A DNA stretch of 64,000 nucleotides from Octopus sinensis (Eukaryota), in the NCBI RefSeq assembly GCF_006345805.1, contig NC_043022.1:25296001-25360000 (forward strand), read 5' to 3'. Positions 49,766 to 63,113 of the stretch are shown here, in pieces. Within the stretch, counting starts at the first letter, position 1. The number at the start of each line of letters is the position of its first letter. Position numbers and translations under genes: made by a program. A model generated the notes under the pieces. It searched no databases and was not told the origin of the DNA. It saw nothing but the letters and a program-made list of their open reading frames with translations.

Positions 49766-50579
49766 CGGAATTATTAGCACGACGGAGTAAGGCTTAGCGG
49801 TATGTCATCCGTCTTTATGTTCTGAGTTCAAATTCCGTTGAGGTCGACTTTGCCTTTCATTCTTTCGAGGTCGATAGAATAAGTACCAGTTGAAGGACAG
49901 TTACCTATTGTAGAAAAAATTACTTGATGTAAAAGTTTGTTGTTATCGTTGCTTCTTTGGTGTTGTAGCTTAGCCCCAGGTGAATCCTGATCGCATTCTA
50001 GCCGTGACCATCCCTTCTCTTTCCATGTGTATCCAACGTATTTTTTTATAGAACGGCAGATCTGAGAAGGACTAACTGTTATTTTTAACAAGTTAAGTGA
50101 ATCTTATTTGGAATGCACATTATTCTAAGCCTACAATGTCTCAAGGATCCTTTGATAACCATTAAGGGCGCTATAGTTGACCACCTTCTTAATGTTACAT
50201 TAAACTATATCACATTAGACAAGCATAGAAAACCTGTTAGAAACTGAAGAAGATCTGGAACTTCAAACAGTCCAGGGGAATCAGCGTCAAGCTGTTCGTT
50301 GCAACTGTCGAATCAGCGCTGTCATATGGCAATGAAACGTGGATACTGACAAAGAGATTATCAAACGGGCTAAATGGATGCTACACAAGGATGCTACGAA
50401 TAACCCTAAGTGTAAAATGACAGCAACATATGCCAAACAAATGCTTTTACGAGACATACCGAAAGTTAGCGAGAAGGCAGCTGCTATTATCTTGTCACTA
50501 CGGGCGCCATCCTGAATTGGAAGCGTCCAAATCAGTCTTGTAGAACTCATTTCATGGTGATTGTAAGCAGAAAAAAAAA

Positions 50580-50957
50580 GGAGTGGCTGTGTGGTAAGTA
50601 GATTGCTTACCAGCCACATGGTTCCGGGTTCAGTCCCACTGCGTGGCACCTTGGGCAAGTGTCTTCCACTATAGCCTCGGGCTGACTAAAGCCTTGTGAG
50701 TGGATTTGGTAGACGGAAACTGAAAGAGGCCCGTCGTATATATGTATATGTATGTGTGTTTGTGTGTCCATGTTTGTCCCCCCCAACATCGCTTGACAAC
50801 CGATGCTGGTGTGTTTACGTCCCCGTAACTTAGCGGTTCGGTAAAAGAGACCGATAAAATAAGTACTAGCCTTAAAATAAGTCCTGGGGTCGATTTGTTC
50901 GACTAAAGGCGGTGCTCCTGCATGGCCGCAGTCAAGTGACTGAAACAAGTAAAAGAG
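50580..50957 (+). mobile_element. SINE family B
   Basis: Full copy. Confidence 0.9.
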
Positions 50958-51035
50958 TGTTCGTACTACTTCCTCCACCTTGTTTTGCACTTATATGCTC
51001 ACCTCTGTGTGTGTATATACATACATACACACACA

Positions 51036-51085
<50 letters not shown>

Positions 51086-51343
51086 ATATATATAATATAT
51101 ATATATATATATGTGTGTGTGTGTTTTGTGTCCTTGAGTAAAACACTTCCTCTCGCTTGCAAATCACTTCAACACCTGACCCGTGGTACATTTGTGCACC
51201 CGTTCAGACAACGTTGATTTTGCCGCGGGGAGTGAACTAATCGTATGCGCAGGTCATTCAGCAGAAACTGAACACTCATATGTCATCCTCAGCAGCAGAA
51301 TACATCATGTGTGTGTATGTGTGTATGTATGTATGTATATATA

Positions 51344-51720
51344 TAGGCGCAGGAGTGGCTGTGTGGTGAGTAGCTTGCTAACCGGCCGCGTGGTTCCGGG
51401 TTCGGTCCCACTGCGTGGCATCTTGGGCAGGTGTCTTCTGCTGTGGCCCCGGGCCGACCAATGCCTTGTGAGTGGATTTGGTGGACGGAAACTGAAAGAA
51501 GCCTGTCGTGTATGTGTATGTATGTGGGTGTTTGTGTGTCTGTGTTTGTCAACCGATGCTGGTGTGTTTACTTCCCCGTCACTTAGCGGTTCGGCAAAAG
51601 ATACCGATAGAATAAGTACTGGGCTTACAAAGAATAAGTCCTGGGGTCGATTTGCTCGACTAAAGGCGGTGCTCCAGCATGGCCGCAGTCAAATGACTGA
51701 AACAAGTAAAAGAGTAAAAA
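51344..51720 (+). mobile_element. SINE family B
   Basis: Full copy. Confidence 0.9.
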
Positions 51721-51748
51721 GAAAGAGTATATATATAATATATATATA

Positions 51749-52143
51749 TCTTTATATATAAAAGTAAGGTTGTGTGTCTGTCTCCTACGATTTAGATTCC
51801 TAACTACTCCCACATTTTGCGGTGCAGTTTAACCAAAACCGGGTATCTTATAGTCGTGATTCATATCGAGCTATTCTGGGTATTAGCGCGCGTCTACGTT
51901 GAGTCTACGATTTAAAAAAAAAATTACCATAATTTTTTCCATTTTAATGCATTTTTTCGCTATATATAAGGGAAGTAACTCTCTAAAAATGTCTACGATG
52001 AGTCAACGATTTAAAAAAAATTTACCATAATTTTTTTTTCCATTTTTAATGCATTTTTTGCTATTTTTTGGCTATAACTCTCTAATAATGCTTATATATT
52101 TATTTCCCTTACAAACCCGAGCAACGCCGGGCGATACTGCTAG
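51749..52143 (+). mobile_element. Non-autonomous Helitron
   Basis: TC...cccgagcaacgccgggcgatactgCTAG in (TA)n; copy of 23739. Confidence 0.85.
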
Positions 52144-52164
52144 TATATATATATATATATTATA

Positions 52165-52195
<31 letters not shown>

Positions 52196-52526
52196 CAGGC
52201 ACGTACTATCAGTAATTACTGAGTGTAGGCAGTTGGTGACGTTTATGTAGAAAAAAAAAAAGGAAAAGCGAAACACAGGGGTGCGAATGGGTTTGAGGCA
52301 GATTTACTTCTGCCTTTAGAGCGCGTAAAGAAAATGTCGTTGTAGGAATGTACGCAGCACGTGTACTATGCGTTGTTTTAATACTGAGATTGATTGGCAG
52401 GGGCGAATCATGCCTACCTAATCTACAAAAAAGTAAAATATTTTGCTTTTATGCATAATAATCAGAGTAATGTGTGTGTGTATGATTGACCGCTAGATCC
52501 AAGTTTTTAAATTTTCTCTGTTAGTA

Positions 52527-52662
52527 TCCTCGTGTTCCTTTCTGTTGAAGAGCGTAGGCTCAAAACGTAAAAGACTTTCTCACCTTCCCGAGCACTAACT
52601 AATACACCCGTTTCTTGTTTATACACCTGTCTTCGTCTTTTGTTTTTCTGTAAATTTCAACT
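52527..52662 (+). mobile_element. Solo Penelope pLTR, HHR with GAAA->AAAA
   Basis: cttt CUGUUGA agagcgtaggctc aaaacgtaaaag; abuts (TA)n. Confidence 0.85.
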
Positions 52663-52809
52663 ATATATATATATACATATATATATATGTATGTATATGT
52701 GTATATATGTATGTATGTATATGTGTATATATGTATGTATGTATATGTGTATATATGTATGTATGTATATGTGTATATATGTATGTATGCATATATGTAT
52801 GTGTATGTA

Positions 52810-52854
<45 letters not shown>

Positions 52855-53209
52855 GTGTATATATATATGTATGTATATATGTATGTGTGTATATATATAT
52901 GTATGTATGTGTATATGTATGTGTGTGTGTATATATATATATATATGTATGTGTATATATATGTGTGTGTATATATATATGTGTGTGTATATATATGTAT
53001 GTATATATGTATGTGTATATATATATGTATGTGTGTATATATATATGTATGTATATATGTATGTGTATATATATATGTATGTGTGTGTATATATATATAT
53101 ATGTATGTATATATGTATGTGTATATATATGTATGTGTGTATATATATATATGTATGTATATATGTATGTGTATATATATGTATGTATATATGTGTATGT
53201 ACATATGTG

Positions 53210-53259
<50 letters not shown>

Positions 53260-53503
53260 ATGTATATATGTGTATATATATATGTGTATATTATATATGT
53301 GTATATATATATTGTATATGTATATATGTGTATATATATATGTGATATATATGTGTATATGTATATATGTGTATATGTATATATGTGTATATATTATGTG
53401 TGTATATATATATGTGTGTATATATATATGTGTGTATATATATATGTGTGTATATATATTGTGTATATGTATATATATATATATTAATATATATATATGT
53501 GTT

Positions 53504-53545
<42 letters not shown>

Positions 53546-53546
53546 A
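52663..53546. repeat. (TA/TG)n compound microsatellite
   Basis: Direct inspection. Confidence 0.95.
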
Positions 53547-53960
53547 TCTATATATATAAAACTCAACTTGTGTATCTGTGTGTTTAACTTCCCGGCACAT
53601 CTCCTCCTAGCCAACAAATCGTAGAACCACCAAAAATGGGTCACTTAAAGTTTAGGCGAATGAAAATTGAACTGCGCTATTTCTGTTCCGAAATTCATCT
53701 CGCAAGTGCAAAAATCGATAATGTGTTTGTTTAGGCCTTATTCCATGCATTGAATGGTGAACTTTACTCAGTCAGCTGTTTGACGTGAACTGTGTTCACC
53801 ACGCGTGCAAGCATGCGTAAATTGCATGAAAAATCAAGATATAAAAACGAATCGCCGTAAACGTAGAAATTCGGCAAAGAAATGAATTTTCGGGATGTAG
53901 CCTGGAGGGTTTTTTCGTATTAATATATATATAAATATATCATCATATATATATGTATAA

Positions 53961-53989
<29 letters not shown>

Positions 53990-53991
<2 letters not shown>

Positions 53992-56900
53992 TCCCTTGCT
54001 CTAGATCCCGCTGCAACACTTGCCCCTTCATCACCAACACCACCGCTGTCACCGGCTCCAACCTGCATACTGTACGCATTAGGCACTCTTTTACGTGCAC
54101 CTCGTCTGGCCTTATTTACTGCATTAAATGCAACCTATGCGGGATGCTGTATGTAGGACAGACGGGACGGCCGGTTGTCCGACCGTTTCACTGAACACTT
54201 GAGGACGTTCGCCTACACTCTTTTTCTCCCGTCGCACGCCACTTCCGCTCGTCCGGCCATTCCTAGATGACATCTGTGTCTCGCCTCCCCACAATGGTCG
54301 CCCACTTTCCAGGCTCCACTTGGAGCAACGCTACATCTTCCCCTACAAACTACCACTCCACACGGACTTAACACAGCCCCCTCCTCTTGAGATCCGTTTT
54401 TTTTTTTTGTTTGTTTTTTTTTCCCGGACACACCACCCACACACAGCCACCCACCTACCTCCCACACGCCTGTTCACACACACACATACGTAGACCCATC
54501 TACGTACATACATTCACACTTTAATCACACACACTTACAGACATACTTGCACCACTAACATACAAACCAACATGCACATACACACAACACATACATACAC
54601 ACCACATACATACTTACACACACACACACACACACACAGACATACATACACACATACACACACATACATACGCACATACATACACACACACTCACACACA
54701 CACACCGCACGTACATACTTCACACCACACACATGCACACATACATGTAGGCACATACATACATACATATGCACACCCTTACACTGAATGCACACACACA
54801 CATACACCTTTTTGCATCCAGGCAGCCCCCCTCTTTCTGCTTTCCGGTTTTGGCTGATGGAACCTCGGTTCCCGCGGCGGGGCGTTCGAGGGCCTTTGCG
54901 CTCGCGCGCCTTGGCGCGCGCTGGGGGCTTGGTCGGGCCCCTGGGCTTGCGTTGTACTGCTTGTGCGTTGTGTGCGTGAGCGCGCTTCGTGTGTGTGGGG
55001 CTTGCTTCGGATGTGCGCATGCGTATGTATGCATACATACCACACACTCGCATGCATCCCTACCCACATACATACACACCACACCTACTCACACACACAC
55101 ATACACACACACACACACATACCTGCACACACACCACATACATACATACACACACATACCTACTTCAGACATACACACACACAGACTACACCCATACACA
55201 CATCACACATACACAGCCATACACCCTCACTCACACACCACATCTACACCTACACACACACACCAAACACACCAGACACACACCATACATACATACATCT
55301 ACACACACACGCCTACACACATACATCACACATACATAACACACACACATACACATCACACACATACGCACACACAACATTACTTATACCACATGCACAC
55401 ACACACACACATACATACATACAACCCATATACATACACAACCACATACACCTACAATACTCCTATAACGCACATACATACACACAGACATACACACATA
55501 CACACATACACACTCACACAAACACACACACACACATACTTACACACACACTCACCTGCACGCGCACACACATGCATGACAAACACCCATACACTCACAC
55601 TCACATACGCACCACACCAACATAAACACGCACACGCACACACACACCTACACTCCCACACACATACACACGCACCCTACATACACACACACACGCATAC
55701 ACACGCATACACACATACATTACACACGTACACACACACCTACATACACATGCATACAACACACACACAAACATGCACGGACACACCCAGACATAACACA
55801 TACACCTATATACACACGCCCCACACACTACATACACACACATATACACACGCCCACACACCTACATACACACACATACATACACACACATACACGGACA
55901 CACCCATACATACTTACATACATACACCTATACACACACGCCTACACACCTACATACACACACATGCATACACACACACACATGTACGCACATACACACA
56001 CATATACGCACATACATATATACCCACACACATGCACACACACACACATACGCACATGCATGCATGCATGCACACGCGCACACCTACACGCATACACACA
56101 CACACGCACGTACACATACATACATACACACCGCATACATACACCCATACACATACATGCATCCTACCACCATACATACACACTCACACATACATACACA
56201 CACACACACTCACTCACACACCTGTATGTACGCGCACACACATGCACATACACACACTTCCCCACACCCACACGTACATACATACACACTCATACACATA
56301 CACACACACACACGGACATACATCTATGCACACACATATACACACATACTCACATACATTCATCGGACACACTGACCCCAGACATACACACAGACACACT
56401 CACACATCCACACACATACATACTTACGCGCATACTCGCAGGCGCGCGCACACACGCGCTTGCGCCGGTTCGCGCACGCATACGCGCCGCATGCACCTCG
56501 CTCTTGGACCCGACGAGACCTCCCCGCCCGTTCCTGGGACCGTCGCTTGTCGTTGGGTTTTCCCACGCCCGTCTCCGCGGGACCACTCTTCCATCTTCCC
56601 TCAGCTGGAGTCCTTTTTCCTTAACCCCCCCCTTTTTCGTTACACACACGCGCACACATATACACACATTGCTTAAAATATACATTACTCTTACACACAT
56701 TCATCTACTCGCCATTAATACTACCACGACACTGGACACACACACACACTACTACTCAACACACACGCTGGCACGCTACATACGCCCCCACCCCTTCCCC
56801 TCCCTCCCTTCCCCTCCTTCCTTCTTTTTCTTACTACTGACCTTTGTCTGCTATGCTGACCACTGTCTCGCCCTACCTCACACGCCTACACACAGACGCA

Positions 56901-57261
56901 CACACTAACACATACATATATTTTTTGTTTTTTTTATCTCGCCTCACACACACACATCACACACACACACACATACACACCCGCACACACTCACACATAC
57001 ACACACATCTGTTGCGTTACCAACCTTGTCTCCACTCTTTTGCCTTTTAAAAACCTACTTTGCTCTTGTTATCGTAAACATCCGCCTTTCACCATGTGCA
57101 AACTCGTAAACACCAGTCGTTTTTTTTCTCTATCCCTGTTGCCCGCTCTGGGATCTTTCTTTCCTCTCTCTTCCTTCTTTATGTTTCCGACGAAGAGCTC
57201 GCTCGAACGTCATCATAACCTCCCTGCTTCCATTTCCTGAGCGCCTATAATAATAATACTT
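53990..57261 (+). mobile_element. Second PLE remnant: GIY-YIG end, expanded (CA/TA) 3' region, pLTR
   Basis: HSFTCTSSGLIYCIKCNLCGMLYVGQTGR..DRFTEHL..EQRYIF..PHGLN at 54084-54372; ccgacgaagagc-tc-gctcgaacgtc and tttcctgagcgcc at 57187-57245. Confidence 0.75.
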
Positions 57262-57361
57262 NNNNNNNNNNNNNNNNNNNNNNNNNNNNNNNNNNNNNNN
57301 NNNNNNNNNNNNNNNNNNNNNNNNNNNNNNNNNNNNNNNNNNNNNNNNNNNNNNNNNNNNN
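57262..57361. other. Assembly gap (100 N)
   Basis: Run of n. Confidence 1.
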
Positions 57362-57764
57362 CACACAAACACACACACGGAGCAAATCCTAAAGCAGTGA
57401 TCCATGACTATCACGCGCGCACGTGCACCGCACACACACACACATACACACACACACGTACACGCACCTCATCGACTGCCACATAACAGGCATGCGCAGA
57501 ATCCCCCCACCTCGCCCACCCGACAAACCCCCCCACCCCCCATACATACCTTTCACGTGACACGCTCTCACCTACAATCAAATCGATTGTCGCGATGCAG
57601 ATCGATTAAAAGACTCTCATAATACCTGTGTGCATGTATGCATGTATATATATGCTCGTAAGCGTGTATATGTATGTGTATGCATCTGTATATATGCATG
57701 CATGTTTTTATATACATATATGCGTGTATGTATGTATGTATGTATGTATGTATGTATCTGTGTA

Positions 57765-58465
57765 TGTATACGGATGTATATATGCCTATGTGTCTCTATA
57801 TGCATAGTATATATATAAATATATGTATGTATGTATGTGTGTATGTATGTATGTATGTATGTGTGTATGTATACGGATGTATATATGCATATGTGTATCT
57901 ATATGCATAGTATATATATATATATATATAAGTATATGTGTGTATGTATGTATACGGATGTATATATGCCTATGTGTATCTATATGCATAGTATATATAT
58001 AAGTATATGCGTGTATGTATACGGATGTATATATGCATTTGTGTATCTATATGCATAGTATATATATATATAAGTATATGTGTGTATGTATGTATACGGA
58101 TGTATATATGCATATGTGTATCTATATGCATAGTTATATATATATATATATATAAGTATATGTGTGTATGTATGTATACGGATGTATATATGCCTATGTG
58201 TATCTATATGCATAGTATATATATAAGTATATGCGTGTATGTATACGGATGTATATATGCATTTGGGTAATCTCATGTCATAGTATATATATATATAAGT
58301 ATATGTGTGTATGTATGTATACGGATGTATATATGCATATGTGTATCTATATGCATAGTATATATATATATATATAAGTATATGTGTGTATGTATGTATA
58401 CGGATGTATATATGCCTATGTGTATCTATATGCATAGTATATATATAAGTATATGCGTGTATGTA
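57765..58465. repeat. ~60-70-bp minisatellite built from TA/TG motifs
   Basis: tatacggatgtatatatgc(c/a)tatgtgtatctatatgcatagt repeated about 10 times. Confidence 0.9.
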
Positions 58466-59068
58466 GATGTGTATGTGCATGCCAGATTCTGTCTGTATAA
58501 ACGTATATGTATATATTTATGCATATATGTCTCTCCAAATTCAATCTGGTCACTAACAAAGCGACAACGTTTCTTTGAGACAAAACTTTCCAGGGATATG
58601 CGATTATTCGAGGATAAGTTGAGTGTATATAAGGGGTCTATATATAAATGTCCTTTCACTCACACAATAGATGTAACTATTTCTTTAATCTACGACTGTA
58701 TGCGTGCATATGTGACGTATGCTCTCACGTGACTGAGTGTCCATCTGCATTTCTGGATGCTCAAATGCTTTATAAATGTTCATTGTGCCACTAATCATAT
58801 GGAAATATGCATGTTTTTCTTTTCTATAAGATTTATGTATGCATACATTACGTCTGATTGCATGAAAATGTATGTATTTATTTGTGATGGTCGACAATAG
58901 ATTTGTGGGAGACAGGCAAACTTAAAACCTTAATGATGAAAGCGCGATTCTTTTCACTGTCAATTATGGTCTTTCTCGAACACTAGTGGATAGCGATCAA
59001 GGAGATATGTGTGTGTGTGTGTGTGTATATATAATATGTATATATATATGTGTGTATATATTATGTGC

Positions 59069-59099
<31 letters not shown>

Positions 59100-59457
59100 T
59101 AATATATATATATACATGTATATATATATACATGTATATATATATGTTGTATATATAATATATATGTATATATATGTATATTACATGTATATATATGTAT
59201 ATATATATGTATAATTATGTATATATATATATGTATATATACGTATATACCATATATGTATATATATATGTATATTATGTATATATACATGTATATATAT
59301 ATATAGTATATTATATATGTATACATATGTATATATATCTATATGTAATATATGTATACATATGTATATAATATATGTATGTATGTATATATATATATAT
59401 GCAAATGTATATATATGTATATATGTTATATAATATATATATATATAATATCATATA

Positions 59458-59502
<45 letters not shown>

Positions 59503-59560
59503 AATGTATATATATGGTATATATATGTATATATATGTATATATATCTTATATAAATATT

Positions 59561-59591
<31 letters not shown>

Positions 59592-59592
<1 letters not shown>

Positions 59593-59840
59593 GTGAAGGC
59601 GCGTATCTTAGTGGTTAGGGCATTCGGCTCACGATCGTAAGACTGTGAGTTCAATTCCCGACGACGCGTCGTCCTTCAGCAAGACACTTTATTTCACGTT
59701 GCTCCAGTCCACTCAGCTGACAGAAAATGAGTAGCACCTGTATTTCAAAGGGCCAGCGTTGTCACACTCTGTGTCACGCTGAATCTCCCTGAGAACTACG
59801 TTAAGGGAACACTTGTCTGAGGAATACTTAGCCACTCGAC
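59592..59840 (+). mobile_element. tRNA-derived SINE: head like 31028, tail like family C type 1
   Basis: agcaagacactttatttcacgttgctccag + tcacgctgaatctccctgagaactacgttaaggg. Confidence 0.8.
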
Positions 59841-60329
59841 GAAATCGGCTTCAGGACTTCCTATTTAAATCTGGTACTTGGTCTATCGTTTTCATTTTAC
59901 TAAGTTACGGAACGTAAACAAACCAACACTTCTGCTGCAAGAGTTTTATCACACGCTCTCGTTCTCTCTCTCTCTCCCTCTCGCTTTCTCTGTACTTCTA
60001 CAATTTTCATTATTCTTTCCTGCTCACACACACACACTCCTAAACTCAATCTGCACTTCACTCTTACTCATTCCCATACACAGGAATAAAGAAAGTGATC
60101 CGCTCCACATTCTTTTCATTTATCTGACACGACCTCATTAAGAAAAAAATAATGCTGATGCAAGTGTCAAGGGATCGCCTTGGAAACGAGGCCGTCTTCT
60201 GAACGACCTCAGTCACTTCATATAAATGCAGTGGTCACTAGAGAAAGCAGAATTTCCAAAGTATGAGCATTTATGCCCATCTTCAGTGGTCACACCGTGT
60301 ATGCTACACTATGCTAAAAGCTATTGGTA

Positions 60330-60885
60330 TTGTGTTATTCGGAAAGTTCGTGCCGATTTTTAAAGGAAACAAAAAGGTCAATAAATACTTGCCATTACAA
60401 TCTAAATCAACCAAATATGAACCATTTTGTTGCACAATGCGTCTCCATCTTTCTTTTAACTTGAAAATACCCCCTTCCCAGAATTGAGGTGGTTTCATGG
60501 CAAAGAATTCATCAAGGTATCTTTTTACGTCATCCAAGGAATTGAAATTTTTACCATTAAGACTATTCTGCAGAGACCTGAATAAGTGGAAATCTGAAGG
60601 AGCAATATCTGGTAAATATGGAGGGTGGATAACACATCTCAGCCGCGCTGCAGCAATTTTTGTCTGGTTCCCAAAGCATCAAATGCTGAAAATGAACTTT
60701 CTTATCTTCCATTTTAAAGGGTTACAAAATTAACACAGTTTATAACCTTCTTCCATGGAAAGATAGCTTAAACTGTGCTCTAAATGGAGGTGTAGTCAAA
60801 TCCTATTTTATGGACTCAACCATGTTCTAAAATAAGACGAAAGGTAAGCTACTATAAATCGGCATGAACTTTCCGGACAACTCAA
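60330..60885 (-). mobile_element. Internally deleted mariner element
   Basis: TA-flanked TIRs; HPPYLPDIAPSDFHLFRSLQNSLNG...FWEGGIFKLKERWRRIVQQNGSY. Confidence 0.9.
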
Positions 60886-61009
60886 TACAATATCTTATTC
60901 ATCCAAGGTCTCCATGTCTCATTGAACTTTAGATCTCCACTTGAAGAGTTTCTAAAATGTGGCCTTGGAACTTTTTTAAGACTCACAGTTGCTTTGCATG
61001 AAAAATTTC

Positions 61010-61427
61010 GGCTCTTTTCGGTTTGAACGGCAGTTTTTTTCTAGCGGTGTCATATGAAATTGTCACCCATAATTATGACCCTAGTATCGATCTATTGCAT
61101 TTCAATCTATTTTAGGGTTAGAGTTAGGGGTGGGGGGAAGGGCATCTTTTTTCTTCACAAATGTAAATAATCCCAATCTGTTTCTTAAACGAGGGACATA
61201 TTCATACGGCACAGAATGTTGTTTACCTCAATGGACGTCAGTGATTGGTTGAAATTGCAGAAATCGAAGAAAAACAACAACAAATATCTTACAAACTATA
61301 GAATATTCTCAATAAAGCCAGGAGAAAAAGATGTTTTATAAACACATTCTACCAGTATACGAAGTTTAAAAGTGTTTAGTTACGTGGAAATTATTTTAAA
61401 AAACTGCCGTTCAAACCGAAAAGATCC
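61010..61427 (-). mobile_element. Merlin-like MITE
   Basis: Same TIRs; 8-bp TSD aaaatttc. Confidence 0.9.
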
Positions 61428-61699
61428 AAAATTTCCCCTTCTCCACCCCGTATATGATATCTCTTTCGACCAGTTAACTTTTCGTCCCATATCCCGTGAT
61501 ATCGATAGAATAAATACGAGAAAAAGTAACAGGATCTGCATAATCGACCAAAACTTTTGAAAAAGATACCTCTGTACAGCAGTGTTTAATGGATAAAACC
61601 AGTAAAGGATACAGGGGCGGTTCACTTTGATTTCCTCTTCACATTAAACAAGTATGTCCCAGAGTTCTGTAGCCATGTCATTGTTATATTCCTGACATG

Positions 61700-62330
61700 G
61701 GACTAGCTTATAACTTGTATTTTTCAGTCTCTTTGATGAAATGTCGGTCTACTGATCAAGCAAGGGCTACAGACACTCTTGTCATATTTGTAGATACATG
61801 ATATCTTTGTTGGAACTGGGCAGCCGGAAATGAGATGGCCGTATGTTACTTTATGTTGATTGGATAGTCTACAGTTAACATTAGTATCGCGTTTTATTTT
61901 TATTTTGGTGAGGTTTCCCCCCATCCCTCCACTTGGCTCTTCATTGATCCCGTACAGATACAATCGAGTTTTTCCGTTTCTACCTTTTTTAATACAAAAT
62001 GTTTGCGCCGTTGTTCGCTTCCGTATTGGATTACTCCCTCCTGTATAGTCTTGCGTGATCATTCTAACAACGGGGAGATCATTCAATGGTGATTTTATGT
62101 TTTTTCTACCTATTAATTACGTTAACCTGAACAAAGTCTGTTTCGTTTGCATAAATCAGCTTCTAGCTGCTACTTTGTCGCTTCCATATATAGATATAAG
62201 GTTTCATTTTTATATTGCCTTGTTAAAATAAGTCTGTCTAAATGTACTTGCTTGTAAAATACCTTTATAGTCACTTAATATTTCTTTCATTGCATCAATT
62301 CCTCCCCCTCTTTCTCTTTTTATTTAGCTA
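61700..62330 (-). pseudogene. Highly degraded R4-like LINE remnant
   Basis: NCRLSNQHKVTYGHLISGCP resembles the CCHC finger of RLE LINEs. Confidence 0.45.
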
Positions 62331-62599
62331 TCCATACTGCATTATATGTATATATATGTGTATATATATAATTTTAAAATAGGATAAAATCTTTATAAGA
62401 ATTTATCAAGTAGTTAGTGTGAAAAACCTCATAAGGGAAAAAATTATTAATTATTCCCTTTAAATATATTTATTTATATTAAGAGCATTACTATACGTAA
62501 ATGTAAAGTCAAAACTACCATAATAAACACATTTTGTACAGAACGCGAGGGAATGGAACTCTCGAAGATTCAGCTGCAAATCATATGATTTCGTAATTA

Positions 62600-62975
62600 G
62601 TGGAAGAAGGTTTATCTTCCTATAACCTGTGTTAATTCTGTAACCCTTTAAAATGGAAGATAAGAAAGTTCATTTTCGGCACTTGATGCTTTGGGAACCA
62701 GACAAAAATTGCTGCAGCTTGGCTGGATGCGTTACCCCACCCACCATATTCACCAGATATTGCTCCTTCGGATTTCCACTTATTCAGGTCTCTATTAATG
62801 GTAAAGATTTCAATTCCTTGGATGACGTAAAAAGATACCTTGATGAATTCTTTGCCATGAAATCACCTCAATTCTGGGAAGAGGGTATTTCAAGTTGAAT
62901 GATGGAGACGCATTGTGTAACAAAATGGTTCATATTTGGTTGATTAAAAATCTAATGGCAAGTATTTATTGACCT
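62600..62975 (+). mobile_element. Second copy of the deleted mariner
   Basis: PPYSPDIAPSDFHLFRS; same internal deletion junction as 60330-60885. Confidence 0.85.
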
Positions 62976-63082
62976 TTTTCTTTTCTTTATTATTACTAAT
63001 ACTACTACTATTATTATTATTACTACTTCTACTACTACTACTATTATTATTATTATTTTTACTATTATTATTATTATTACTA

Positions 63083-63113
<31 letters not shown>

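Noticed and set aside
54820-55020. GC-rich island inside the CA tract (also 56440-56640)
   Set aside because: No recognisable motif; likely low-quality sequence near the gap
54769-56676. 635-aa His/Thr-rich ORF
   Set aside because: Translation of degenerate (CA)n/(CATA)n; stop codons are absent for compositional reasons; near a contig end
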